A DNA stretch of 64,000 nucleotides, from contig CAVOVB010000002.1 in assembly GCA_963699755.1 (NCBI GenBank), positions 512,001-576,000 on the forward strand, read 5' to 3'. The notes beneath the pieces were generated by a model, which did no database searches, was not told where the DNA came from, and saw only the letters and a program-made list of their open reading frames with translations. The DNA comes from an uncultured delta proteobacterium (GTDB lineage Bacteria > Myxococcota_A > Polyangia > Polyangiales > Houyiibacteriaceae). The translations under genes and the position numbers were made by a program. Shown piece after piece: positions 20,227 to 31,856 of this stretch (positions are counted from its first letter, which is position 1; each line of letters starts with the position of its first letter).

Positions 20227-21258
20227 TTGACCGAGGGCATCGACTCACCCCTAGCTTCCGTGGCCGCCGTTGCGCCTGTCGAAAACCAAGCATCTCCCGC
20301 ATTCGCGGCGGCGCCCCCGCTCGCATGGACAGCGGGCGCCGCAGCTCTAGTCGATCTGATCATCAATCGGATCCTGATTCTCTTGGGCAACGACGCCTGG
20401 TCGCCGGATACGCTCGGCCGGCTCGACACTTGGGGCAGCTTCGCCCGAAACCTGAGCGCCGTAAGCGCCTTGGTCGCATTAGCCTTTTGCCTCGCAACCC
20501 TTTCATCTCCCAAAGGCGGGCTCCCCTTTTCCGCGCGCGTCGGAATCGGGAGCTTCGGTTGGCTCCTCGTTCCAATCGTCACGCTGATGACGTTCTTGCC
20601 ACGCGCGTGGACGAGGCCGGAGCTCGTGCTCGTGGTCGCGGGCCTCGCTCATGCGACGATCCTGCTTCTGATCCTCGCCGGCATGCATCGGCGCACTAGC
20701 CGTCCCATTGCGGTCGCACTGGTGTTGACGCTCATCGCGTCATTCAGCGGCCTCCTCTCGATGGTAGTCACTTTGGTCGGTGGACGCGCGTACTGGGCGC
20801 ATACCGAGCGGCTCTCCAATGCGCTTCGGTGGTCGGGTGAGATGGCGTTTCTTGCAGTTCCGATCGCCGTTGGGTTCGCGATTTCGATTCCGCTGCGCGA
20901 GGCGCGCGGCAAAGCAACGGTCCTGGTATCCGGGCTGGCCGCGGGCATCGTCGCAGCCGGGATGGCCGCCTGGAAGCACATGGTCGGGCGAGATCTCCCG
21001 GACTTGCTCTACGGCGCGCTACGCCTCGACTTCCTGCCTGACGACGACTTCATTCTCTATGCGATCCCACTCGGCGTCGCAGCCGCCGTGATTGTCGCAG
21101 CCATGATGTCGAAGAGCTCGATCAGTCGGCAACTGGGCGCAGCGCTTCTTCTGCTGCTGAGCGCGGGCTACGCGCCAAGGACCCCCAGCACCCTGCTGAT
21201 CACAGTCCTCGGCGCCGCACTGCTCGCCCGGTCCGCGCTCGCTCCGCGTCGCGCGTGA
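20227..21258 (+). CDS. Polytopic membrane protein of unknown function
   Basis: About 10 hydrophobic segments; fills the gap between bioB and the aminotransferase; start uncertain. Confidence 0.7.
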   Translation: MTEGIDSPLASVAAVAPVENQASPAFAAAPPLAWTAGAAALVDLIINRILILLGNDAWSPDTLGRLDTWGSFARNLSAVSALVALAFCLATLSSPKGGLPFSARVGIGSFGWLLVPIVTLMTFLPRAWTRPELVLVVAGLAHATILLLILAGMHRRTSRPIAVALVLTLIASFSGLLSMVVTLVGGRAYWAHTERLSNALRWSGEMAFLAVPIAVGFAISIPLREARGKATVLVSGLAAGIVAAGMAAWKHMVGRDLPDLLYGALRLDFLPDDDFILYAIPLGVAAAVIVAAMMSKSSISRQLGAALLLLLSAGYAPRTPSTLLITVLGAALLARSALAPRRA

Positions 21259-21301
21259 ACGTCTCGCTGCATCGCACACCACTGCGGCCAGCAGCGAAAC
21301 C

Positions 21302-22510
21302 CTAAGTCAGCTTGGCCACCGCTTCGCCAATCCGACTGAGCCCCTCGCGAATCATCTCGCTGGATGCCGCATAGGATACACGCACGAACCCCGCCGCACC
21401 AAACGCGGTTCCAGGCACCACCGCGCAGCGCGCTTCTTCGAGTAGATAGCCGGCCACGTCGAGGTCGGTTCCGAGGGTCTTTCCGCCCCCATGCTTGCCG
21501 ATCAGACCTTGCACGTTGGCGAAGGCGTAGAAGGCTCCTTCGGGCATTCCGCAGCTGATCCCTTCGATAGCGTTGAGGCCGTCGATGATGATGCTTCGGC
21601 GCGCTTCAAAGGCTTGGCGCATCTCTTCCATCGGCTGCCAGGGTCCCCGAAGCGCCGCAGCGGCAGCGCTCTGAGCGATCGAGCTGGGGTTGGTCGTCGA
21701 CTGGCTCTGAATCGTGTCGCAGGCCTTGGCCACGTACGCCGGCGAGAGCATCCAGCCGATGCGCCAGCCGGTCATGGCGAAGGTCTTGCTGACCCCGTCG
21801 ACAATGATGATGCGATCCTTGAGCTCGGGCGCGACCTCGACGATCGATTTCTGATCAAAGCCACCGTACACCAGCTGCCCATAGATCTCGTCGACGATGA
21901 TCCAGAACTCGTGTTCTGCCGCAACGTCGGCGAGGGCGCGAAGCTGCTCACCCGAATACGCTGCACCGGTCGGGTTCGAAGGCGAGCAGAGAATGAGGGC
22001 CTTGGTCATTGGCGTGATCGCCGCGCGCAAGGCCTCAGGCGTCATGCGGAAGCCTTGCTCTTCGGTCGTCTCCACGATGATGGGCACAGCGCCGGCAAGC
22101 AGAACCTGCTCGGGGTAGCTCACCCAGTAGGGTGCCGGGATGATGACCTCGTCGCCTTCGTCATAGAGTGCCAGCGCCAAATTGAAAAGCGTGTGCTTGG
22201 CGCCCACAGACACCACGACCTCAGACGGATCGTAGGTTACACCGGGCCGACGTTTCGCAGATGCCTCGCAGATCGCTTCGCGAAGCTCGATGGTGCCGCG
22301 CGCCGCCGTGTATCGGGTCGCTCCCGCGTCGATCGCCCGCTTCGCCGCCTCTCGAATGTATACCGGTGTATCGAAGTCCGGCTCACCCACGCTGAAGGAG
22401 AGCACATCGATGCCCTGTGCTTTGAGCTCGCGCGCGCGCTGGGCGACAGCGACGGTTGCGGAGGGTTTCACGACACTGAGCCGCTGCGCGACTGGGATAG
22501 CTTCACTCAT
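21302..22510 (-). CDS. aspC: Aspartate aminotransferase (class I/II PLP)
   Basis: GEPDFDTP, SPSNPTG, DEIY and SKTFAMTGWRIG. Confidence 0.9.
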   Translation of the reverse strand: MSEAIPVAQRLSVVKPSATVAVAQRARELKAQGIDVLSFSVGEPDFDTPVYIREAAKRAIDAGATRYTAARGTIELREAICEASAKRRPGVTYDPSEVVVSVGAKHTLFNLALALYDEGDEVIIPAPYWVSYPEQVLLAGAVPIIVETTEEQGFRMTPEALRAAITPMTKALILCSPSNPTGAAYSGEQLRALADVAAEHEFWIIVDEIYGQLVYGGFDQKSIVEVAPELKDRIIIVDGVSKTFAMTGWRIGWMLSPAYVAKACDTIQSQSTTNPSSIAQSAAAAALRGPWQPMEEMRQAFEARRSIIIDGLNAIEGISCGMPEGAFYAFANVQGLIGKHGGGKTLGTDLDVAGYLLEEARCAVVPGTAFGAAGFVRVSYAASSEMIREGLSRIGEAVAKLT

Positions 22511-22541
22511 ATCGCGGGCTTAACACCGAAGCGGAGGGCTA

Positions 22542-23162
22542 TCAATGCTTGGGGGGCACGACCGTGGCCAGAGCGCGCAGATCCTTCTCGAGGTCGCTGA
22601 TGCCATCGTTGTTGGCCCGGTAATACCCTCGGACCTGCGCCCTGTCGTCGACCAGGACGAAGGAGTTCGAGTGCATGATCTCTTCGGCGCCAGCGGCCTC
22701 GCTGTCCCCATCCCCGAGCCCAACCCTAAAACCGTCGACCACCACGTGCCGAATTGACTCCTCGTCGCCGGTCACGAAGCGCCAGTTGCTTTCGTCTAGC
22801 TCGTTCTCCGTCATGTAGGCCTTGATGACCGTAGGGGTGTCGTTGCGCGGATCGACGCTGACGGAAACAAACTGGGCGCTCGGCACGTCCGAAAGCCGGG
22901 TCTGGAGCCCTTTCATGTGGGCGGTGATCCTCGGGCAGGTAGAACGGCAGTGGGTGAAAACGAAGGCGGACACCCAGAGGTTTCCTTCCATCGACCCGCG
23001 ATCGAACAGCTCCTCGTTCTGGTCGACGAGAGAGAACTCGGGGAGCTGACCGAGGACCGGGACGTCTTCCGCGCTCCGCTTGGCGCAGCCCGAGTGGACG
23101 AGACTGAGCACGCCGAGCATGCCGAGCGACGCGAGCAGCAGACCTGGGACCTTAGACGGCAT
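22542..23162 (-). CDS. SCO1/SenC copper chaperone
   Basis: FTHCRSTCP (CxxxC), SVDPRND and the conserved His in IMHS. Confidence 0.92.
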   Translation of the reverse strand: MPSKVPGLLLASLGMLGVLSLVHSGCAKRSAEDVPVLGQLPEFSLVDQNEELFDRGSMEGNLWVSAFVFTHCRSTCPRITAHMKGLQTRLSDVPSAQFVSVSVDPRNDTPTVIKAYMTENELDESNWRFVTGDEESIRHVVVDGFRVGLGDGDSEAAGAEEIMHSNSFVLVDDRAQVRGYYRANNDGISDLEKDLRALATVVPPKH

Positions 23163-24039
23163 CGATGATCAGGGCAGCGAAAAGGCCCGTCAGGTAGATG
23201 AGCGAAGCGAAGAAGAACTTCTTGGCCCAGAGATTCGTGTCTTCGGTCTTGAAACCGCGAAGCGCGGTCCAGAAGAAGTGAGCGCCGAGGACCATTGCCG
23301 CCGCAAGGTAGATCGTGCCCGCCAGCCCGAAGGGAACGAGCAAGAGCGAGACGGCCCAGAGCGCGCCTGCGTTGACGGCGGATTGGACTTTCGAGGCCTG
23401 CATGCCGCGAACGGACGGCAAGACTTTGAGGCCCGCCCGCTCGTACTCCCGCTGCCGGAAGATCGAAATCGCGATGAAGTGCGGAATCTGCCAGAAGAAC
23501 AGGATGCCGAACAAGACCAGGCCAGGCAGGTCGATGCTGCCGGTCACCGCCGTCCATCCCATGAGTGGAGGGAGCGCACCAGGAACGGCGCCGATGTAGA
23601 GCGCGGCAGGGGTAACCTGCTTCATCGGCGTGTAGATCGCGACGTAGCTGGTGAGGGCCACGAAGCCCAGAAGGCCAGTCAGCGGATTGACCGCAAGCGT
23701 GAGCGTTGGCACCGCAAAGAGCCCCATCAGGACCCCGAGGATCAGCGCCCAGGACGGCTCGAGGCGGCGATCGGGCAGCGGACGGTTCGCAGTGCGCGCC
23801 ATCAGGCGATCGGTGTCACGCTCTAGGTAACAGTTGAGCGTATTGGCGGCGCCGACGACCATCCCAGTCGTGAGAAGCATGATCGCCATCGGGCCGATGC
23901 TGAGCGAACCCCGGGCGAGCCACATGCCACCGGCGGCTGTCACGAGGACCATTAGCGTGATCCGAGGCTTGGTGAGCGCGATGAGGTCGCGCACGGTCAG
24001 CATCATCGTGGCTGGTCGAATCGCTGCGGTCATGGTCAT
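23152..24039 (-). CDS. ctaB: Protoheme IX farnesyltransferase (heme O synthase)
   Basis: LTKPRI, ERDTDRLMARTANRPLP, YTPMK, GALPPLMGW and WQIPHF. Confidence 0.95.
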   Translation of the reverse strand: MTMTAAIRPATMMLTVRDLIALTKPRITLMVLVTAAGGMWLARGSLSIGPMAIMLLTTGMVVGAANTLNCYLERDTDRLMARTANRPLPDRRLEPSWALILGVLMGLFAVPTLTLAVNPLTGLLGFVALTSYVAIYTPMKQVTPAALYIGAVPGALPPLMGWTAVTGSIDLPGLVLFGILFFWQIPHFIAISIFRQREYERAGLKVLPSVRGMQASKVQSAVNAGALWAVSLLLVPFGLAGTIYLAAAMVLGAHFFWTALRGFKTEDTNLWAKKFFFASLIYLTGLFAALIIDAV

Positions 24040-24152
24040 CCCTGGATGGAAGCGGGCGCGGACTCTGACCCTCCGCTCCAAAACGGTCAAGGTCCCTAAG
24101 GGCCCGGCGTAGGGGCAGGGAGGCCAAGCGTCAAGAAGCAGCCAAAAGCAGC

Positions 24153-25210
<1,058 letters not shown>

Positions 25211-25214
<4 letters not shown>

Positions 25215-26143
25215 GCAAACAGACTAGCACCGGACGTCGAAGGCAGTGAGGAAAGTGCAAGTAGGGTTAAGGTAATCCAGGTCGCATCGGCCAACAGGAG
25301 ATGCACGAGCTGCAAGGGCACCGGCGCGAGAAGCGCCACGTTGAGCAGACCCACTGCTATTTGGATCAGGACCAGCCCGCCCAGGCCGAGCGCGAGCTTT
25401 GGGGTTGGCCGATCGGGCTGTCGTCGGAGCAGGTCGGCGGCGAGCCAGATCAGATAGCCGGAACCAAATACCGCGATCACCGGATGCCAAAGGCGGAGGC
25501 GTAAGAAGACGTGAGCGGTCGGCGAGAAGTCCTCGCGGAGACCGTCGGTCAGATTGGATGCCGGAAACAAGGTGTCGCCGAGCGCAGCGATGGCGCCGCT
25601 GATGCCCACGAGCAGGACGAAGGCGGCGGCACCACCAAGAAGCAGGCGAGACCGCCTGTCGCGCGGAAATCGGGCGCCTCCTGGGTGCCTGGCGCTGTAG
25701 GCCATCCAAGTCAGGGCCGAGAGGAGGAGGAAGGTGTTGATCAGGTGAGCCGCCATCCAGGCCGCCCGCGCCGTGGATGGGTTGTCTGCCACCATGCGAA
25801 AGAGAACGAGGCCCGCCCCGACCAGCGCCTCAGTCGTCATGAAGAACAGGCTCCAGCCTGCCGCAGAACGGGTCGCATGGCCGCGATCGAACACTCGCAG
25901 TGCAATGGCCCACATCACGAAGGTCCAAATCCAGCACAGAGCGGACGTCACGCGGTGTGTAAGCTCGACCATCGTCTTGAGCGACGGGTCGACCGGAATC
26001 GCTACACCGTTGCATAGAGGCCAATGATCGCCGCAGCCATCACCAGCGAGAGTCGCGCGCACGTATGCGCCCCAAAGCACGACCGCGAGGGTGTAGGAAA
26101 GGAGCGCCGAGGCGCCGACGGCGAAGCGATTGGAGGACCGCAC
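25211..26143 (-). CDS. ctaA: Heme A synthase (CtaA/COX15)
   Basis: GDGCGDHWPLC Cys pair, ELTHR and further His residues (AHL, WHP, VHL); about 8 TM helices. Confidence 0.9.
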
Positions 26144-26164
26144 CGCGCAACGATGGAGTCGAAC

Positions 26165-26758
26165 TCAGCTCTCGTCAACGATGGCAAATTGAAGGACGTG
26201 CTCGTCGCCGTCGCGCCGATAGTCGACTACGAGAGTCGAGGCGGTTCGAAGCTCTTCCCAAACCGCGATCGCTTGCTCCGGCCGCTCGATGGGCTTGCCG
26301 TTGATCCGGGTTACGGTGTCGCCGGGACGAAGATCGAGCGACGCGAAGGCCGGCTCACCAGGAAACAGGCTCACGATGCGAAATCCGACGAACGCACCCT
26401 TGTGAAACGTCGGCTCGGTCTCAACATTCTGGAGGAAGCGACCGAGTCCTTCGTTGAGTACCGGGAGGAGCTCGGCCCGCGCGATCACGCCCCGGGACAC
26501 CCTTTCGTACGGCTCATCGAGATGACTCTCAGGCTTCCGCTCTTCGGCCACGTCCTTGGCGGGCACTTCGGCTTCGGATGGCTCTTTCGCCTTCCCCAAC
26601 TCGCCGTCGGGCTCCTCGATCACTTCCCAGTCGTCCTCGCCCTCTGAGGTCTCCCATGTGGAGTCCTCCAACATGTCTCTTTGGAGCTTCGTCGTTTCGC
26701 AAGCGATCATGCTCGTGACCAGAATTGCAGCGAACACCAGATTCAGGTAGCGACTCAT
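26165..26758 (-). CDS. Lipoprotein with C-terminal PDZ domain (GspC-PDZ-like)
   Basis: Lipobox MIAC, acidic linker, GFRIVSLFPG..LRPGDTVTRINGKPI. Confidence 0.75.
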   Translation of the reverse strand: MSRYLNLVFAAILVTSMIACETTKLQRDMLEDSTWETSEGEDDWEVIEEPDGELGKAKEPSEAEVPAKDVAEERKPESHLDEPYERVSRGVIARAELLPVLNEGLGRFLQNVETEPTFHKGAFVGFRIVSLFPGEPAFASLDLRPGDTVTRINGKPIERPEQAIAVWEELRTASTLVVDYRRDGDEHVLQFAIVDES

Positions 26759-27408
26759 ACCGTTTCTCCTCGGAGCGCCATGACCTCCGACCAAATCGCC
26801 GCGGCCACTGCTTCGATGCCAGCATTCGCATCGATGTGTCGAATGGTATCATTTGGGAAGAGTTCGTCGATTTTCCTGTAGAACTCGGCGAGCTCGGCCT
26901 GCATCTCGTCGACCTCGTAGAGCTCCGGACCGCCCGATCGCATATCGCGACGGCTTGCCGCCCCCTTTGGGTCGACGTCGAGCACGAGGGTCAGGTCGGG
27001 GCGCCTGGCGTGCCGATTGAGCTCCCGTACCCAAGTGGAAGTGTCTTCACCACCGCCGCCACTCAGCGTTTGATACGCGACAGAGGAGTGATCATAGCGA
27101 TCGCAGATGACCGTGACGCCATCCATGAGGTTTGGAACCACCTCGGCTTCGAGATGGTCGAGCCGGTCGGCTGCGAACAAGGTCGCCATCGTCGCCCAGT
27201 TGAATGGGCGGGTGCCGTGACGACCTGCGACGACCAGCCTCCCGGTCAGGACCTGCCGAATCATGACGCCAACCGGACCGTCGCTGGGCTCACGGGTCGT
27301 ATGCACGGGAAGGCCCTTTTCGGTGAGGCGGTCGGCGAGGATCGAGCACTGGGTCGTCGTACCCGAACCGTCGATGCCTTCGATCACGATGAACTGGCCT
27401 TCGATCAC
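26755..27408 (-). CDS. tmk: Thymidylate kinase
   Basis: FIVIEGIDGSGTTTQ, TREPS, FAADR, CDRY..SS.AYQ and PDLT. Confidence 0.92.
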   Translation of the reverse strand: MIEGQFIVIEGIDGSGTTTQCSILADRLTEKGLPVHTTREPSDGPVGVMIRQVLTGRLVVAGRHGTRPFNWATMATLFAADRLDHLEAEVVPNLMDGVTVICDRYDHSSVAYQTLSGGGGEDTSTWVRELNRHARRPDLTLVLDVDPKGAASRRDMRSGGPELYEVDEMQAELAEFYRKIDELFPNDTIRHIDANAGIEAVAAAIWSEVMALRGETV

Positions 27409-29279
27409 GAGCCCTCCTTTGGGCTTCCGAACTTGAAAGTGGCTCCAAATTGCCCGTAGACCAGCGAGTCCGGATGGCCACCGCCGAAGATGTCGCCGAG
27501 AACGCGGCGGCGCTGGCCGGCGACGATGCCCTCTACTTCAATCCAGACGTTCCACTTCTTCGTCACCACGATTTCGAGCGAGCCGCCGAGTCTGGCGCGC
27601 ACGACGTTCTGGCGGGAGCTTGTCTCATACATGTTGCTATTGCCACCGGCGAAATCCCAGCGGTCACTGTTGAAGTCCCCTGCGATCCAAACCGAGAACG
27701 CGCCGCGTGGTGGGAAGTGCACGCTGAAAATGGCATCGAGGGTGATGAAGAAATTATTGGTCGGATGTTTTCCGAGCAGGTCGCGACGTGAGGGGCCCAC
27801 GCCGCCACCGATCTGGAGCTCTCCGCCGATCGAGAAGTTCCGGGACAGCCGCCAGCCGGCCTTGGTGCTGAGCGTGAAATCGGTCAGGCGCCCAAACGTT
27901 TGTACGTAGAGGCCGACGTCGAGGAACTTCGTGAGCCCGGCGCGCAATCCGACCGAAGCCAGCCAAGGCCAGCCTGTCGAGAAGTCGAGTGTTGCAACGC
28001 CCGGAGGAGCAGGTGCGCCCGCATGCGTCACCGTGTTGCGCATGGGATCGTTTCGCTCGGCCTCTTTGTCGCGCGACCCGGACTCGACCGGGGCGGCCGA
28101 CGTCGTTAGAATCACTTGAAGCAGTCGGACGCGCTGAGACTTCTCGAGCCGAATCTGCTCCACGTGATTGTCGCGGCCCTCCGCTCGCACTTCCAGTTGA
28201 TGGACGCCAGCGGGCAAATCGCCTTCCCAGGGGAGTGATCCGAGCAGCTCGCCATCGACGTAGAGTTGTGCGTTCGGCACGTTGGCCTCGACTCGGACCG
28301 GGACCCCGAGCGCGTTGAGCTCGGCATAGACCTCACAGTTCCGACCAGGCCCCACCGAGCAAGTGCGACGCACATCACGATACCCGGGTGCGCGGACGAC
28401 CACGGAATGGGTGCCGAGCTCGGCAGGCTCGATGGTAATCGGTGGGCTTCCGTACTCGGCTCCGTCGATAGTGACCGTCGCGTCTGGAACGCTGGCTCGA
28501 ACGACGATGCGCGGAATGTCCGTGCTCGCTGTCGTGAACCTCAGTGACACGACTCGCTCGCGCCCAGCGATCACCGTTACGTTTTGCGTGACCGTCTCGT
28601 AACCGCTTGCCTGGGCGGTGACCAGATGCTGGCCGGGTGAGAGCCCGCCCTTTGCAGCGGGGGCTACACCGATCGCAACACCGTCGAGACTGATAATCGC
28701 GCCGGGCACGTTGGCGATGACGCGAAGGCTCCCCAGGTCCGGAGCAAGCCGAATGGTTGCCTCCACGGTCGTTCGCTCGTCGGCCTTGATCATGACAGCC
28801 TCGGAAAAGGGTTGATAGCCCTCCCCTGGGCTCTTGATTTCGACGATGTGCTCGCCTTCTGTAAGGCCATCGACCACCAGAGGCGTTCCGCCTCTCTGTT
28901 GTCCGTCGATGAACACCGCCAACCCCGTTACGTCGGCGGTGACCAGGAGCGAGCCGGTCTTTGCTACTTGCGGCTGGAGCGCGATGGGAATGGTCATCAC
29001 TTGACCGGCGACCAGGTCCACCCATTTCGAAAAAGTATTGAAACCCCGCTTCCCCACCTGCACGAGGTGCCGGCCGGGAGTCAAGGTCTTGCGCAAGGGC
29101 ACGTTGCCCGATGGCTTGCCATCGATGCGAATGGCCGCCCCGGCGGTGACGTCATCGCTCGCCGTGATCACGATGACGCCCGGCGACTCCTGCTGCGCGG
29201 ATGCTCCGGACGAGACGACCAGCAATCCAAGCACGAATACGAGCCGCACGAACCCCTCAACGCCAAGCAACCCTCGCAT
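27405..29279 (-). CDS. Multi-PEGA-domain outer-membrane protein with C-terminal beta-barrel-like region
   Basis: Signal peptide; five repeats of GAx(V/I)xIDG...P...GxHxVxV...GY; amphipathic C-terminal strands. Confidence 0.85.
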   Translation of the reverse strand: MRGLLGVEGFVRLVFVLGLLVVSSGASAQQESPGVIVITASDDVTAGAAIRIDGKPSGNVPLRKTLTPGRHLVQVGKRGFNTFSKWVDLVAGQVMTIPIALQPQVAKTGSLLVTADVTGLAVFIDGQQRGGTPLVVDGLTEGEHIVEIKSPGEGYQPFSEAVMIKADERTTVEATIRLAPDLGSLRVIANVPGAIISLDGVAIGVAPAAKGGLSPGQHLVTAQASGYETVTQNVTVIAGRERVVSLRFTTASTDIPRIVVRASVPDATVTIDGAEYGSPPITIEPAELGTHSVVVRAPGYRDVRRTCSVGPGRNCEVYAELNALGVPVRVEANVPNAQLYVDGELLGSLPWEGDLPAGVHQLEVRAEGRDNHVEQIRLEKSQRVRLLQVILTTSAAPVESGSRDKEAERNDPMRNTVTHAGAPAPPGVATLDFSTGWPWLASVGLRAGLTKFLDVGLYVQTFGRLTDFTLSTKAGWRLSRNFSIGGELQIGGGVGPSRRDLLGKHPTNNFFITLDAIFSVHFPPRGAFSVWIAGDFNSDRWDFAGGNSNMYETSSRQNVVRARLGGSLEIVVTKKWNVWIEVEGIVAGQRRRVLGDIFGGGHPDSLVYGQFGATFKFGSPKEGS

Positions 29280-29418
29280 AACCCCTCGGACGCAGCGGAA
29301 TAGGGTCGATTCATCGATGACCCAAGCGCCCCGGATCTGTTTACCCCCAGCTTCGGGGTCGGCCCAATAAATGACGGCGACGCCTCCGGTGAGGCGAGAA
29401 TTTTCAAACGCGACCGGT

Positions 29419-31821
29419 CTAGGGAGCAATGAATAGACTCTCGAAGGGATCGAGTGCCTCGGGATCGGGGATCTCGGGGGCTCCGAGCGGAGGAAGCGAT
29501 CGAGCCCCTTGCGGCGGGTCTCCGTCGCGACGAAACCGGAAATCCTCGAGCTCAGCCAGCCCGTACGCGAGCGCCTCCGGCCCGATGCGCTCACGCTTTG
29601 CCATGTGCTCGAGCAAGCGCCGCATCTTGCTCTTCATCGAGCGGGTCAACATGCCGCGCTCGTATGAGAGGTGGTAGCGTTTCGGCGACGGGAGCATGCA
29701 AGCCAGGAAAGCGGACTCCGCTGGGCTGAGGTCGAGGGGTTCTCGGCCGAAGTAGTACGCCGCGGCGTTCCTGATCCCGTACACAGTTGGACCATATTCG
29801 ATGACGTTGAGATAGAGCTCCAAGATCTCGTCCTTATTCAAGGCGTTCTCGAGCCACCAGGTGAGAATGACTTCCTGAGCTTTGCGGGCGATCGTCTTCT
29901 CTCGTTGCAAGTAGAGGTTCTTGGCGAGCTGCATCGAAATCGTGCTTGCGCCCACGACGTAGCGGCCCTCTTGCAGATTGCGCACCAGCGCATCGCGAAT
30001 CGCCCAGGGCGCGAAGCCACCGTGCTCGTAGAAAGCGCCGTCTTCGTGACTGATCGCCGCCGCAGTCATGAATGGGCTGATATCTGCGAACGCTACCCAG
30101 TTCGGAGTTCCCGGGCCGGTTCGCATCTCGAATATCGTCTCGTCGGGTTCGATCGCACGATGACGGAACGGCCGTTGGAAGCGCTCGATGCGAACCCATC
30201 TGGGCATTCGCTCGAACTTGCAAAGGTTGCGTACGCGAATCGACAACTCCGTAGCATCGAGCTCGCGCGAGTCGAGCGAGATCCGAGCCAGCGCACTCCA
30301 ACTTCCGGACCATTCGAAGCTGGCGAGTGACCCAAGAACGTCCTCGGGGATGGCCCCGATAACATCATTGCAGGGGGTGGGTGGAAGCTTCGCGCTGAGG
30401 TCGATTCGGTAATACTCCCTAGTGCGCTCGAGCTCGCCGTCCATGAGCACCCGCACCTTGCCTGTTCTGAGCTCCCCCCGCTCGATTTGAAGAAGCCGCT
30501 CGCCAGGGAACCAGACGCCCTTCCCCGCCAAATCGATGTTGATGTTCTCGACCGGCTCCGCTGCGATACGCTCGGACGCCAAGGCAAGCTCGCGCAGCCG
30601 CAGGCTTCCTTCGATACTGATCTGATCGCGGGAGCTGGCGGCCAGCTCGAGCTCGGCGCTGATGGTGCCGACCTCCGTGTTGTATAGCGGAAGCTCGGGG
30701 ACAAAAGGCGCGATGAGGGAGAGTGAAATTCGGCGAAGCCCGAGCCGTCCGTCCGCGCGTGCTTCGCTTGGCATGAGGCTGAGATCGACTTCCAAGGCGC
30801 CCTCGTTGGAGGTTTGGCCCCCGCCCACAGCGCGATACCAACCGTCGTCGCTGCCGTTCAACGCCAGTCTGAAGTCGCTGATGCGCTCGACGTGACCCGC
30901 GGACGTCCTGCTTTCGATCTGCACCCCCGAAACGGCCACGTTCGCATCCGGTGTCAAGCGCGCAAGCAGGCGCGCGGGGACCGGAGGGCCAGACCGGCGA
31001 GGCAGGCGCAGGGCCTCCGTTCCAGTGGTCTCGGTCTCAGCCTCGGCACCGGCCCCGATTTCTCTTTGCGTTCCGCGCAGGCGATCAAACGCGTTGCGCA
31101 GCCGTGTTGCCAAGGCTCTTTGGTCCCCATCGCTATTTCTCAATGAACGAACGGAGGCGCCTTCGATCTCCAGCTCCCGGATTCTCCAGGCGCCCTGGCT
31201 GCGTCGAAGCGCGAGCTTCGATGGCCCAATGCGCGCATGGTCCGCACCCTGCTCGCCGAGCAGCGACTCGCCGACGCTCCCTTCAAATTCGTCACCCTCC
31301 TTGTGCAAGCTGACATCGTCCATCGAGATGAGCTTTCCATCGGCATCGAGAACACCAACCGTCAAATCATGGACGGTGTACGTCCGTCCCTTTCCCGTCG
31401 CGTTCGTGGACTCCGGGGCGGACGCCGTGCGGGGTTTCTTTCTCCGCAGCTGCGCGATCGAGTCATCGAACCCTCCGTGACCGAGATCGACAGTCGCTTC
31501 GACGCCATGCACCGACACGGAGCGTACGGACTTCGGACCGTTCAAGAGGGCTCCAAGCAAATTCATCGTTGCGTCGATTCGATCGATGCGTGCAGCGAAT
31601 CCGCCGTGGCGGCCGCGCAGCTCGACGCCGCGCAACTCGATTCCGGTGAACGAAAGATATGCCTTTTCGACTTGCGCGTCCACACCGAGACGCTCACCGA
31701 TGACGCCCGAGGCATGCGCCGTCACCCTGGGCATTCCCCACTGCCACAGGCCGATGGCCAGCAGGATGACGCCGAGGGCCGCGACCACCCAAACGCGTCG
31801 CTCGCTGAGGAACCGCAGCAT
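29419..31821 (-). CDS. Peptidoglycan glycosyltransferase (GT51, MtgA-like) with long N-terminal beta-rich extension and no transpeptidase domain
   Basis: EDGAFYEHGG, GASTISMQLAKN, RKAQE and KDEILELYLN; N-terminal TM helix. Confidence 0.9.
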   Translation of the reverse strand: MLRFLSERRVWVVAALGVILLAIGLWQWGMPRVTAHASGVIGERLGVDAQVEKAYLSFTGIELRGVELRGRHGGFAARIDRIDATMNLLGALLNGPKSVRSVSVHGVEATVDLGHGGFDDSIAQLRRKKPRTASAPESTNATGKGRTYTVHDLTVGVLDADGKLISMDDVSLHKEGDEFEGSVGESLLGEQGADHARIGPSKLALRRSQGAWRIRELEIEGASVRSLRNSDGDQRALATRLRNAFDRLRGTQREIGAGAEAETETTGTEALRLPRRSGPPVPARLLARLTPDANVAVSGVQIESRTSAGHVERISDFRLALNGSDDGWYRAVGGGQTSNEGALEVDLSLMPSEARADGRLGLRRISLSLIAPFVPELPLYNTEVGTISAELELAASSRDQISIEGSLRLRELALASERIAAEPVENINIDLAGKGVWFPGERLLQIERGELRTGKVRVLMDGELERTREYYRIDLSAKLPPTPCNDVIGAIPEDVLGSLASFEWSGSWSALARISLDSRELDATELSIRVRNLCKFERMPRWVRIERFQRPFRHRAIEPDETIFEMRTGPGTPNWVAFADISPFMTAAAISHEDGAFYEHGGFAPWAIRDALVRNLQEGRYVVGASTISMQLAKNLYLQREKTIARKAQEVILTWWLENALNKDEILELYLNVIEYGPTVYGIRNAAAYYFGREPLDLSPAESAFLACMLPSPKRYHLSYERGMLTRSMKSKMRRLLEHMAKRERIGPEALAYGLAELEDFRFRRDGDPPQGARSLPPLGAPEIPDPEALDPFESLFIAP

Positions 31822-31856
31822 CGAAACCGGATTATGCCGTGTCCAAAACCTGAAGC

